DNA of 64,000 bases, from positions 59,032-123,031 of IMG/VR virus record IMGVR_UViG_3300037606_000123; one strand, given 5' to 3'. Shown here one piece after another: positions 39,613 through 49,630 of the stretch (its first letter is position 1; each line of letters starts with the position of its first letter). The notes below the pieces were generated by a model that worked only from the letters and a program-made list of their open reading frames with translations, was not told the DNA's origin and searched no databases. The translations under genes and the position numbers were made by a program. This stretch comes from a virus.

Positions 39613-40710
39613 TTATTTTTTATTTAATTCTAATAATGTATAACATTTTTCTATTGTTTCATTCATAGAATTTTTTAAATCTATTTCATTAAATAAATCA
39701 GTTTCATCACTTATTTTTAAATTATTTATCCATTCAAAACTTACATCTTTTATTGTTTTGTCTTTATTATAATTTGATATTTTTGTTGGTTTATTTTCTT
39801 TAATAATATCATTTATAAATTCTATATTTTGAATTTTGTGTTTATTAGTTATTTTATCTAAATCTAATCTAAGATGTGGTGTATTTAATAATAAATTATT
39901 ACTAACAGAAATATCAATAAAATTATTTGTTTTAATTTCTTCTTGTAATATTTTAAAATCTGATTCTTGTAAAATATTAATTTTTTTAAATTCTGGACTA
40001 AAATTATTTTCAATAAAAAAATCAGTTTTCTTTTTTGTATCATATACAAAAATACCTTTTTTATTTTCAACATCATTGCGGTCTAAATGATATGGTGAAC
40101 CTACAAATGTAAAATTATTTATTTCTTGTACAATATGAATATGTCCAGAATAAACTTTCCCATATCCAGCAAAATCGTCAATATCTAATATATTTCTATT
40201 TAATGGTCTTGTTGGATATAATTGTGTTCTACAACCATTTAAATCTGAATGACAAAATAATAAATCAGCACCTTTGTATTTTTCTAATATTTCTTTTTCA
40301 TTATCTTTACCATGGATCCATGGCATAATTACTATTGATAAACCGTCAATAGTGATTTTTTGTGGTTCTTCATAAACGAATACATTATTAATATTACGAA
40401 CAGTTGATACTGAATTAATATCCGGACTATTCATTAAATACATATCGTGATTACCTAATAATAAATGACATTCAATTATTTTTGATAAATCTTCAAACAA
40501 TTTAATTACAGTATCAATAGTTTTTAAATTAATACTTGTTCTATTATCAAATAAATCACCTAGAAAAAAAAACTTATCACCAGGTTTTGAATACTTAATT
40601 ATAGTTGGTATAAAAAATTCATAAAAATATGCTTTCATATTATTAAGCCATTTATCTGAATCTAAATTATATTTTCCAAAATGTGCATCTGATAGTAACC
40701 AAAATTTCAT
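39613..40710 (-). CDS. gp47: gp47/SbcD (Mre11-like) nuclease subunit
   Basis: SDAHFG, LGDLFD, GNHD, GHIH metallophosphoesterase motifs and GSPY. Confidence 0.92.
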   Translation of the reverse strand: MKFWLLSDAHFGKYNLDSDKWLNNMKAYFYEFFIPTIIKYSKPGDKFFFLGDLFDNRTSINLKTIDTVIKLFEDLSKIIECHLLLGNHDMYLMNSPDINSVSTVRNINNVFVYEEPQKITIDGLSIVIMPWIHGKDNEKEILEKYKGADLLFCHSDLNGCRTQLYPTRPLNRNILDIDDFAGYGKVYSGHIHIVQEINNFTFVGSPYHLDRNDVENKKGIFVYDTKKKTDFFIENNFSPEFKKINILQESDFKILQEEIKTNNFIDISVSNNLLLNTPHLRLDLDKITNKHKIQNIEFINDIIKENKPTKISNYNKDKTIKDVSFEWINNLKISDETDLFNEIDLKNSMNETIEKCYTLLELNKK

Positions 40711-40796
40711 ATGAATTATATAAATTATAAATAAAAAGTTTAATTATAATAAGACAATATAAAAATAATATATAATATAAATAATTATAAAATATT

Positions 40797-41129
40797 ATGA
40801 GAAAACCCCCAAAAAATGAAGAAGTTAAAGAAATAACAAATATAGAAGAAGTTAAAACTGTTGAAGTTAAAGTTGTTGAAGAAGTTAAAGTTGTTGAAGA
40901 AGTTGAAGAAGTTGAAGAAGTTGAAGAAGTTGAAACAGTTAAAGTTAAACCATTAACACAAAAAGAAATGTTTGATAATGCTATATCTGATTCTGGATTT
41001 TCAATTTATCAAAACGGTGTTTTAATTTGTACAGATAATCCATATTTAGTGATTAAAACAGAAATTAAATATTTTGAAATTTTCGGTGTTAAATATACAT
41101 ATAATGGAATAGAAATTAAATATGCATAA
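40797..41129 (+). CDS. Hypothetical protein with low-complexity VEE repeats
   Basis: (GAAGAAGTT)n-type repeat at about 40846-40935. Confidence 0.6.
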   Translation: MRKPPKNEEVKEITNIEEVKTVEVKVVEEVKVVEEVEEVEEVEEVETVKVKPLTQKEMFDNAISDSGFSIYQNGVLICTDNPYLVIKTEIKYFEIFGVKYTYNGIEIKYA

Positions 41130-43014
41130 TATTTTATCAAAAAAAAACGTATTAATATTAGAGGCTGCGGTACAGTGGAATAAATCTGCTTTAGGTATTT
41201 TAAGTAATGCTTTGTTTCGACCTATATCATTTTTAACAGGATCAATTAAAAAGGGTTTAAATAAACAACAAATGAATATTCTTGTTAAACAATGGGGATT
41301 AGAATACGTTAATGCTATTAAATTAGCTGATATTGATGATACAGATAGTGTAGATAATTCAGATGATATAGATGATGTTGATAATTCTTCAGGTGATTCC
41401 ATATTAACTGAAGAACAAAAAACAAAAATATTAACAGATATAACTAAATATAATACTAATTTATTAGCATTAAAAAAAATAGTACAACCACTTTTATCAT
41501 GGAGTAATGTTGATACAAAAGAAAAAGAATTTATTAAGTTAAAGTCAAGTATTGTTATTGATATTATTGATCCTAATTATTTAATATTTTTAAAAGATAA
41601 AAAAATTAAAAATACTGATAATTATAAAAAAAATGTTGACATAATAAATTCATTTTTAACAAATATAAAAAAATCACAGAATATTAGTGATTATTTAAAT
41701 ATAGCACAAGATATATCTAAATTTAATTCAACAATAAAATTAACATTAGCTAGTATTGATGATTTATTAGATATTAATGAAATTGTATCTTCTGAATTAA
41801 ATAATGAAGAATTAGGAAATAATACAGCACCAAAAAATAAAAAAGAATACAATACTGGTGATAAAATAAAATATCAAAAAAATACTGGTGATGTAGCGGA
41901 AGCAACTGTTGATGTTCAAAAAGACGTTAATTCTGGATTTATTAAAATTAAAACAAAAAATTCTTCTTTTGTTATAAAATTAGATAAAATTGTAGAATCA
42001 TATAATTATTTTATTAATGAAGCAAGTGAATATAGATTACCTAATAATGTTACTGATTTATTGTCTATAGATGAAATAAATAAATTAAAACAAGACCCAG
42101 ATATAAAAAAAAAAATCACGGATAAATTAAATTTTGAAAGATTAAATACTATCATGTATGAAGCAAATTATTTAATTGAGAAATTAAATGATAAAGATCG
42201 TAAAGATGAGTCTAAAGAATTAAAACGTGTTTGGGATTTAGGCGTACAAAACACAAATGATTATTTTCAAGATTTAGTTGATGTTAATAAAATTAAAAAT
42301 CAAGTAAAAGGTAGTACTGATTCTAATACTAAAAAAATTATAGTTGATGAACAAGAAAAATTAAACACGTTTCAAAAAATTGGTGCAAGTGAAGTTTTTG
42401 CTGTAGGTGATAAATTTGACAATAAAAAATTATATGCTTTTGATATAATGTTAACAGGACAAAACAATAAAATAAAAAAAATAATTTTATTTATGAGCCC
42501 TACTCAAGATTTTGTAGAAGATGTTGCTGGTGAAAAATATTTTTGGTTTAAATTATTTGGTGCATATACATTTGATGAAAAAAATAAAAAAATTATTAGA
42601 ACAAATCCATTTTCAAAATTAACACAAAATTCAGAATTAGTATCTAGTTTAATGACAGAAGGTGATTCCGTTTATATATCAACAAAAATGTTAAGACCAT
42701 CAGCAAGTTCGTCATATGTGTTTATTTATGATAAAAATGGAAAGTTTTTTTATAATACAAAAAAATATAATACTAGTGATGTTGCTACAGAAATAATGAA
42801 ATATAAAAAAGATGATTTAAATAAATCATTAAAAGATATAGCAAATACTGCAAATATAATGAAAATAAAAATTATTCAACGTTTTGTTATTGAAGATTCA
42901 AATATTAGTAGTAATAAATATCCAGGTATATCTTTATCTATATTAAATAATGACAAAGGTATAAATACAGCAAAAACAAATCACGATAAATTATTAAATC
43001 TATTAGGAACATAA
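41122..43014 (+). CDS. Large putative internal/structural protein
   Basis: 630 aa with ILEA near the N-terminus and internal IVES..FINEA cleavage-like sites. Confidence 0.5.
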   Translation: MHNILSKKNVLILEAAVQWNKSALGILSNALFRPISFLTGSIKKGLNKQQMNILVKQWGLEYVNAIKLADIDDTDSVDNSDDIDDVDNSSGDSILTEEQKTKILTDITKYNTNLLALKKIVQPLLSWSNVDTKEKEFIKLKSSIVIDIIDPNYLIFLKDKKIKNTDNYKKNVDIINSFLTNIKKSQNISDYLNIAQDISKFNSTIKLTLASIDDLLDINEIVSSELNNEELGNNTAPKNKKEYNTGDKIKYQKNTGDVAEATVDVQKDVNSGFIKIKTKNSSFVIKLDKIVESYNYFINEASEYRLPNNVTDLLSIDEINKLKQDPDIKKKITDKLNFERLNTIMYEANYLIEKLNDKDRKDESKELKRVWDLGVQNTNDYFQDLVDVNKIKNQVKGSTDSNTKKIIVDEQEKLNTFQKIGASEVFAVGDKFDNKKLYAFDIMLTGQNNKIKKIILFMSPTQDFVEDVAGEKYFWFKLFGAYTFDEKNKKIIRTNPFSKLTQNSELVSSLMTEGDSVYISTKMLRPSASSSYVFIYDKNGKFFYNTKKYNTSDVATEIMKYKKDDLNKSLKDIANTANIMKIKIIQRFVIEDSNISSNKYPGISLSILNNDKGINTAKTNHDKLLNLLGT

Positions 43015-43017
43015 ATT

Positions 43018-43422
43018 ATGATAACAACTATAAACGATTTTAGAAATAAAATAAATGAAAACATTGAGGAGCTTAATTCTAACAAAGAAGTTAAATTAAA
43101 AGCATATCAAGAAATTATAAAAAATTATAATTCACGTAAAGAAAGTTTAAAAAACATATTCAGTAAATCTCAAGATAAATGGGAAGAAGAAGCTGAAAAA
43201 ATAATAGAGGGAAATGTATATTTAGGTTTATTTTGGAAATTAACTAAATTAACTAAAATTATTAATGATGATGAAGAAAAATTAAAAAATAGTGAATTAA
43301 CAGATATAGAAAAGAAAGAAATTCAAACTAGAATTAATGATAATAAGAAAAAATTATCTGATGATCAGAATGAACTTAATAAACAGATACGTGAAGACCT
43401 ATCTGACATACAAAGATTATAA
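43018..43422 (+). CDS. Tagged (MITTINDF) coiled-coil protein
   Basis: N-terminus MITTINDFRNKINEN. Confidence 0.7.
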   Translation: MITTINDFRNKINENIEELNSNKEVKLKAYQEIIKNYNSRKESLKNIFSKSQDKWEEEAEKIIEGNVYLGLFWKLTKLTKIINDDEEKLKNSELTDIEKKEIQTRINDNKKKLSDDQNELNKQIREDLSDIQRL

Positions 43423-43452
43423 AAAAAAAACCAGGTAAATCCTGGTTTTTTT

Positions 43453-43460
43453 AATATATA
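43453..43460 (+). promoter_or_regulatory. Putative late promoter AATATATA
   Basis: Found a short distance upstream of starts of structural or tagged genes: 24178, 43453 and 49433 (+); 34104, 38298 and 52949 (-). Analogous to T4 TATAAATA, and a gp55-like sigma is encoded. Confidence 0.55.
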
Positions 43461-43464
43461 GTTT

Positions 43465-46197
43465 ATGGCAAATGATCCTAAATTTACAGAAGCAATGCAA
43501 AGTTTTTCAAAATCTATTGAAATCTTTGCACAAGCCATATTAAATCAAGTAAATAAAAAAGAAAAAAAAGATGATGAAAAAATTTCTGCATCTGATTCTA
43601 AAGGACAAACACAAGCTATATATGACATAGCAAAAAACATTGATGTTATTTCTAAACGTGTAGAAAATGCGGATAATAACAGCAAAGAAATTTTAAAATC
43701 AATACAAAAATTAAAAGAAGATAAACAAGATAAAGGTTTATTAGGTCGATTATCTAAATCTAAAGATAAAAATAAATCAATGGCCGAAGGTATTCAAAAC
43801 ATTGGATTAATGGCCGGAGCAATATTAGCAATTGGTACAGCATTTAAAATTGTTGGTGATGTTGATTTTGAATCTGTTTTAGCTTTATCTATTGCATTAC
43901 CTTTAATGGCATTAGCTTTTGATAAAGTTGGAGAAACTGCACGATCACCAAAAGAATCAATGAATGTTGCTATTGGTATGGTATTTATGTCTGCAGGTAT
44001 TGCAGCTAGTGGTTTATTATTATCATATATGCCATCATTAAGTTTAGGACAAATGTTTAGTGCTGTTGTCGTTGCCGCCGCTATTGGTGTTGCAATATAT
44101 GGATTAGCTGTTAGTGCTGATGAAATTGGTGCAAATAAAATAAAAGCATTGTATTCAATTATTCCTGCAATGCCATTTGTAGCTGGTGGTATTTTAGCTT
44201 CTGGTATGATATTACAAAGTATGCCTACATTAGGAATGACACAATTTTTAAGTGCTGTTGGTGTAGGTGTTGCAATGGGTGCAAGTATGGTTCCATTAGC
44301 AATTGCATCAAAAATTATTGGAAAAGATGCAACTAGTTTATTTACTGTAGCATTAGCAATGCCTGTTATAGCTGGTGGTATTTTAGCTTCTGCATATATA
44401 TTACAAGATATTCCTGATGTTGATACAATGGGTATGTTAGAAACAACTACAAGTATTACTGCATCATTATTAATAATGGGCGCTGGTATTTTCCTATTAA
44501 ATAAAATGGGTGTAGATCCTGGTATGGCTGTTAAAGGTGCATTAGTTATGCCTATAGTTTCGGCTGCATTAATGGCATCATCGTGGATTTTAAGTGTTGG
44601 TAATTATAAAGATGGTCCGAGTGTTGAATGGGCTTCTGGTTTTGGTTTATCTATGTTAGCATCTATACCGGCCGTAATTGGTTTTGGTGCTTTAGCTGCA
44701 ACAGGTTTTGGTGCTATTGTTATTGCTGCTGGTATTTTATCAATGTTAGCTGTTGCTGGTGGTATTGCTGCGGCTTCTGAAATTTTAGCTGGTGGTACAT
44801 ATACTGGTGGTCCAAGTGTTGAATGGGCTGGAGGTGTTGGTATGGCTTTAATGTCATTTACTAATGCAATAGATACATTAAAACCAAATATATTTGATAT
44901 GTTATTTAGTAGTGATACGATGGATTCTAAAATTGAATCAATTGTAAAAATTGGTGGGGCACTAAAAGAAGTTGCTAGTGTTATTAAAGGTGGTTCATAT
45001 ACAGGTGGTCCAAGTAAAGAATGGTCGGAAGGTGTTGGTATAGCTTTAATGACTTTTGCTAATGCTTTAAATGCAATTAAACCAAATGTATTCGAAAGAT
45101 TATTAGGTGATAGTATGGATCAAAATATTGCATCTATTATAAAATTAGGATATGCATTACCAGAAATTGGTAAAGCTGTTGGTAAAGACGTTTCTATGTA
45201 TACTGGTGGACCAAAAAAAGAATGGGCTGAGGGTGTTGGTGGTGCTTTATCTGCATTTGCTGGGGCCTTAGAAAAAGTTAAACCTGGATTTTTTGATAGA
45301 TTATTTGGTGATACATTACAAGGACAAATTAATGGTATGATTGAAATTGCAAGAGCATTACCTAAAATTGGTAATGCAATTGGTAAAGATGTTTCTATGT
45401 ATCAAGGTGGACCCGATAAAGATTGGGCACAAGGTACAGGTGATAGTGTAATTGCATTTGCTACTGCAATAGCAACTATGGCTGATGAAATTGATGCAGA
45501 TGAAATTAATGATTGGATTTATCCAATGAAACAAATAGCTGGAGTTATGGCACATTTTGCACAAAAATTAAATGGACAAAAATTTGATAATTATCCATCT
45601 AAAGATTGGTCGAAAGGTATATTAGGATTTATGGAAGGTGTTGCTGAATGGGATGCTGGTTCTGATGTTAAAGGTTCTATAAAAAATATTAATGCTATGT
45701 CTAATGCTAATTTTAAATTAGCAAGATCAATTAGTACTATAGCTTATTCATTAAAAAAAATAAAAAAAATACCAGATTTAACTAATTTATATAGTGGATT
45801 AATCACATTATCTGTAATTGATTCAGAAAATTTAAATGGTGTTTTAGATAAAGTAAGTGAAAAAAAACAAAAATTTAGTGATTTATTAAAAATTGTTAGC
45901 GATAGTACAAATGTAACTCAATCCGGTTCTAAATATAATGCACCAGATAAAAAACCAGTTGGTTCAGGTGGTTCAGGTGGTTCAGGTGGTTCAAGTGGTT
46001 CAGGTGGTTCAGGTGGTTCAGTAACGCCAAAAAATAATACACCGTCTAAACCACAAGAAGTTATTATTAAAGATGATAAAACAGCAATGTTAATGGAAAA
46101 ATTAATTGGTATTCAATCACAAATGAATACAGTATTAAATGAAATTGCAGATAATACATCGAATAAGAATAATACACCAAGTAATATTTCACATTAA
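43465..46197 (+). CDS. Probable tail tape measure protein
   Basis: 910 aa, Ala/Gly-rich amphipathic helices, hydrophobic central stretch, and about six Y.GGP..(E/D)W..G.G repeats spaced about 65 aa. Confidence 0.6.
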   Translation: MANDPKFTEAMQSFSKSIEIFAQAILNQVNKKEKKDDEKISASDSKGQTQAIYDIAKNIDVISKRVENADNNSKEILKSIQKLKEDKQDKGLLGRLSKSKDKNKSMAEGIQNIGLMAGAILAIGTAFKIVGDVDFESVLALSIALPLMALAFDKVGETARSPKESMNVAIGMVFMSAGIAASGLLLSYMPSLSLGQMFSAVVVAAAIGVAIYGLAVSADEIGANKIKALYSIIPAMPFVAGGILASGMILQSMPTLGMTQFLSAVGVGVAMGASMVPLAIASKIIGKDATSLFTVALAMPVIAGGILASAYILQDIPDVDTMGMLETTTSITASLLIMGAGIFLLNKMGVDPGMAVKGALVMPIVSAALMASSWILSVGNYKDGPSVEWASGFGLSMLASIPAVIGFGALAATGFGAIVIAAGILSMLAVAGGIAAASEILAGGTYTGGPSVEWAGGVGMALMSFTNAIDTLKPNIFDMLFSSDTMDSKIESIVKIGGALKEVASVIKGGSYTGGPSKEWSEGVGIALMTFANALNAIKPNVFERLLGDSMDQNIASIIKLGYALPEIGKAVGKDVSMYTGGPKKEWAEGVGGALSAFAGALEKVKPGFFDRLFGDTLQGQINGMIEIARALPKIGNAIGKDVSMYQGGPDKDWAQGTGDSVIAFATAIATMADEIDADEINDWIYPMKQIAGVMAHFAQKLNGQKFDNYPSKDWSKGILGFMEGVAEWDAGSDVKGSIKNINAMSNANFKLARSISTIAYSLKKIKKIPDLTNLYSGLITLSVIDSENLNGVLDKVSEKKQKFSDLLKIVSDSTNVTQSGSKYNAPDKKPVGSGGSGGSGGSSGSGGSGGSVTPKNNTPSKPQEVIIKDDKTAMLMEKLIGIQSQMNTVLNEIADNTSNKNNTPSNISH
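45961..46020 (+). repeat. 9-nt tandem repeat encoding a (GSG)n linker
   Basis: GGTTCAGGT repeated 6.7 times with one GGTTCAAGT variant. Confidence 0.95.
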
Positions 46198-46227
46198 ACT
46201 TTTTTAATTATTCAACATATACATAAT

Positions 46228-46632
46228 ATGTTTAAATTTTATAAAAAAATCTCTTTATTTTTTGCATATCGTAAAAATATCATATTAAATAAAACATATT
46301 TATTGAATAAATATGGTTTAAAATATAATTTTATTTATGAATTATATACAACTATAGTATTAACCGATGCACCTAGTGAAATGAAACAGCAATATGGTAA
46401 TGCATTAGCATCACATGAAATAAAAAAATATATTAAAAATTTTAATTTTGATTTAGAAAAATTAGAATTACAAGAATTAGTTAATATTTATGAAATTAAA
46501 AAAATTAATGATGATTTATATGGTATAGCATTTGGTTATGCATTAATGAAAAATATTAAAATTTATCTTTACTTATTATTACACATTATAGGTATTGTTG
46601 CACTAGTAGCTTTTTTAATTTTTTTAATATAA
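46228..46632 (+). CDS. Hypothetical membrane-anchored protein
   Basis: C-terminal hydrophobic helix IYLYLLLHIIGIVALVAFLIFLI. Confidence 0.65.
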   Translation: MFKFYKKISLFFAYRKNIILNKTYLLNKYGLKYNFIYELYTTIVLTDAPSEMKQQYGNALASHEIKKYIKNFNFDLEKLELQELVNIYEIKKINDDLYGIAFGYALMKNIKIYLYLLLHIIGIVALVAFLIFLI

Positions 46633-46669
46633 ATAAGTAAAATAAACAAAAAACAAAAAACAAATATAT

Positions 46670-47161
46670 ATGAGTACAGAAACAAATAATGACAAGTATT
46701 ATGATTTAGATCAAGATACAATTGATTTAATTAACAAAGTTATGGAAAGCATTACTATGCCTTTTAATATTAAAGTTAAAATGATTGGATCATCAAAAAT
46801 GAAATGTTTAATTAAATTACAAAAAGTTGCAGATGTATTTGCACACATGACTGGGTATGATTTAATTATTTATATTAATGAAGATTATTTAATTAGATTA
46901 GATGATATTAATTCTGAAATTTTAATTTATCAAGACTTAGATAGATTACAATTTGATATTGAAAAAGGCACATTTAAATTAGGTAAATTTCAATTACAAA
47001 CAAATCCAGGAGTTCTTAAGAAATTTGGTATTGATGCTGTTGCAAATGCTAATCAATTAACAGATTTATTAACACAACAAAAAGCAGATAGTGGTGATGA
47101 TCAATTTGATATTAATACATCAGTAAAATCAGTTAAAAAATCAGTTGATTTTTTAAACTAA
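46670..47161 (+). CDS. Phage metallopeptidase-like protein with lost HExxH
   Basis: YDLIIYINE..L..EILIYQDLDRL aligns with YDFIIxIN..ALIxHELxHI. Confidence 0.45.
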   Translation: MSTETNNDKYYDLDQDTIDLINKVMESITMPFNIKVKMIGSSKMKCLIKLQKVADVFAHMTGYDLIIYINEDYLIRLDDINSEILIYQDLDRLQFDIEKGTFKLGKFQLQTNPGVLKKFGIDAVANANQLTDLLTQQKADSGDDQFDINTSVKSVKKSVDFLN

Positions 47162-47203
47162 TCAATATAAACCAATATAAATAAAAAATATAAATAATAT
47201 AAG

Positions 47204-47917
47204 ATGAGTGAAAAAGAAACAGAAATAAAAAATATAGTACAAATAACATCAGAAGCTGATTTTGTAGATAAATTATCATCAATTAAAAATACTGATAATG
47301 GTGTAAATTTTGATCTTTTATTAGATGATACAAAACAAACAATAGATTCATTAAATACTGAAATAAGTGATTTTTTAAAATCTAATGTTGATTTTAATAA
47401 TTATTCAGTTGAAGAAAAAGATCAAATGTTTAATGATGTAATTAATAAATTTGACAATTTTAAAAATTATATTAAAAACACTAAATGTAATTTTGATTCT
47501 ACTGGTATTGAAATTAAAACAATCGATAAAAGATTACACCAATCTGTAGAATACACAACAGAAACGTTATTTTATGGTTTACACTTAAAGAAAAATTTCT
47601 TAAACGATTTACCTAAAGTTAATAATGATTTTGATACATATAATTTATCAATTACATTCTCTAATGCTATTGCAATGTATCACGTATTATCTACTTTAAC
47701 CGTTAAAGGTTTAAATAAAGAAAGTTACGCTTTAGCTCATGTACTTTATAGTTTAACTGAAATTAGTAAAATTTATCAATATTACGATAATTTAACAGAA
47801 AGAACTAATAAATTAATTATGCAATGGAATTTAGGTCTTACTCAAACAGATGCTAAAAAATTAGAAACTGCTGTAACTGAACAAATGTTATTAGAAGAAA
47901 TTGAAAAAGCTAAATAA
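47204..47917 (+). CDS. Hypothetical helical protein
   Basis: 237-aa ORF after a TAAAC-N17-TATAAA element. Confidence 0.65.
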   Translation: MSEKETEIKNIVQITSEADFVDKLSSIKNTDNGVNFDLLLDDTKQTIDSLNTEISDFLKSNVDFNNYSVEEKDQMFNDVINKFDNFKNYIKNTKCNFDSTGIEIKTIDKRLHQSVEYTTETLFYGLHLKKNFLNDLPKVNNDFDTYNLSITFSNAIAMYHVLSTLTVKGLNKESYALAHVLYSLTEISKIYQYYDNLTERTNKLIMQWNLGLTQTDAKKLETAVTEQMLLEEIEKAK

Positions 47918-47997
47918 ACAATTCAAATAAAATATAATAAAAAACCGATAAACTTTTATCGGTTTTTTTTATATAATAAAAAAAAATAATAAACAAA

Positions 47998-49104
47998 ATG
48001 GATAATAATAATAAAATAATTAAAAAATGGAAACCAATAGTATCTACTATAGTGTTATCAGAAAATGTATCTATTGATAATATCAATGTAGAAAATATAT
48101 GTATTTTAATTGAATCACTAGCTATAAACGCAATTGATAATTCACTTAATGATAATAATTTTTTACCTAATTTATTATTATCTATTATTAGATTATATAA
48201 AACTGATGTTAAATTTACAATTAGTAATACAAATATAACTACACCAGAAACATATACATTAATGTTAATAGATGATATTGTAAAAGGAACATTACAAATA
48301 GATTTAGATTTAGCTTTGACTCAAGTATTTCAACAACATTCATACAATGTTTCTATAAATAATATTACATTTATTAATAATCAAATTATATTAAAATGTA
48401 CACCAAACACAACAAAAAAGAAATTTATTATACCAACAAATACATTATGCCCAATTAAGGCAGAACAAGAAATTGCTATGTTAATTGCAGATTATAAAGA
48501 TAATATAGCATTTGACAATACAACAGGCTTAATATATAATGACGGTTCCAAAGATTTACTACATTCAAATGAATATTGGTTTGCTGATTCTGGTGATAGT
48601 AAAACAATTAATAACGTAACACCGTTACCTAACTTTCAAGAGTGTTCACATTTAGAAATAGAGGATGTTTTTAACACATCTGAGAACACTTTAAAAGATT
48701 TATATAATCTACAGAAGGATATACAAGAAAATGTATATGGTTACGATTTTAATAAATTACAATCTGGTCCATTACCGGAGTTAAGACAATTTTGGGATTG
48801 GAATTATCATGCAATTCAAGACGAATTAAGAGAAGCATTTACAGCATTAGGTGGAATGTCTGATGGTATATCTAATGGTGTTTGGAAACCATGGAAAAAA
48901 TCATATACAGAACAAGCACCAAATATGACATATAATGATATGTCTGAACGTGATAAAAAAGAATTAAAAATGGAATTAATTGATATTCAACATTTTTTAT
49001 TCAATATCATGCTATCAGTCGGAATGACAGAACAAGAATTAATGAATTTTTATTTTGCAAAAAATCAAGAAAACCGCCGAAGAAATGCTAGTGGTACTTA
49101 TTAA
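47998..49104 (+). CDS. Chimeric protein: capsid-N-terminus-like + portal-clip copy + dimeric dUTPase/dCTPase (gp56-like)
   Basis: KWKPIV N-terminus as in gp23; 48421-48592 copies portal 56501-56672; C-terminal all-alpha dUTPase motifs LQ..IQ, DEL.E, WKPWK, ELIDIQHF, KN.EN..R. Confidence 0.85.
   Translation: MDNNNKIIKKWKPIVSTIVLSENVSIDNINVENICILIESLAINAIDNSLNDNNFLPNLLLSIIRLYKTDVKFTISNTNITTPETYTLMLIDDIVKGTLQIDLDLALTQVFQQHSYNVSINNITFINNQIILKCTPNTTKKKFIIPTNTLCPIKAEQEIAMLIADYKDNIAFDNTTGLIYNDGSKDLLHSNEYWFADSGDSKTINNVTPLPNFQECSHLEIEDVFNTSENTLKDLYNLQKDIQENVYGYDFNKLQSGPLPELRQFWDWNYHAIQDELREAFTALGGMSDGISNGVWKPWKKSYTEQAPNMTYNDMSERDKKELKMELIDIQHFLFNIMLSVGMTEQELMNFYFAKNQENRRRNASGTY
48421..48592 (+). repeat. 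Dispersed inverted repeat of portal gene segment 56501-56672
   Basis: About 21 mismatches in 172 nt by hand alignment, with a 46-nt identical run at 48459-48504. Confidence 0.95.
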
Positions 49105-49115
49105 TAAATAAATAT

Positions 49116-49427
49116 ATGAATGAATTACAACAAAAAACATTTGATAAAATACTTAATGCGTCTAATTTTATTGAAAAAAATAATAAACAATCAAAAACAT
49201 GTATTGTTAATAGAAAATTATTTAGTATTTTGATGAAAGATGAAAGACTTATATGTAACTCAACAACAGAAATAATATCTAAGGTGTGTTATGGTCAATA
49301 TAAAGATATTACATTTATATGTGATGAATTTATACCTAATGACAATAAATATATTTATGAATTTATAAATAATAAATTAACTAAAATATTATGTATTGAA
49401 GGTTTAGATACATACATACATACATGA
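49116..49427 (+). CDS. Stand-alone fragment resembling the C-terminal part of the major capsid protein
   Basis: KILNASNFI..CIVN..GQYKDITFICDEFIPND versus gp23 KVVQASYFV..YVVT..GVIDGIKLYVDPFMSPA. Confidence 0.55.
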   Translation: MNELQQKTFDKILNASNFIEKNNKQSKTCIVNRKLFSILMKDERLICNSTTEIISKVCYGQYKDITFICDEFIPNDNKYIYEFINNKLTKILCIEGLDTYIHT

Positions 49428-49440
49428 AATTTAATATATA

Positions 49441-49596
49441 ATAATGTCATTGCACAAAGTGTGAAGGACGTGGCGTGATTAGGCCGTACAAGTTTACAAC
49501 AAATTTTACAATTTAAATATATGTAAATTAATCCTCTTTACTTATGGAGTAAAGTTAAAATCCCCAAATATGTTAAACATATTTGGGGTTTTTTTA
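49441..49596 (+). ncRNA. Candidate small non-coding transcript
   Basis: Lies between AATATATA (49433) and a terminator (49562-49595); has a GC-rich 5' part and a CTTTACT/AGTAAAG hairpin; no ORF longer than 6 codons from ATG. Confidence 0.3.
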
Positions 49597-49630
49597 TATA
49601 AATATAAATAAAAGGCATTAAAGGAATAAT

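Noticed and set aside
48421-48592. Diversity-generating retroelement TR/VR pair with the portal
   Set aside because: Mismatches are not adenine-specific in either direction, and no reverse transcriptase is in the window.
49441-49520. CxxCxGxG zinc-finger reading frame (CTKCEGRG)
   Set aside because: Preceded by an in-frame stop with no start codon; treated as possible RNA instead.
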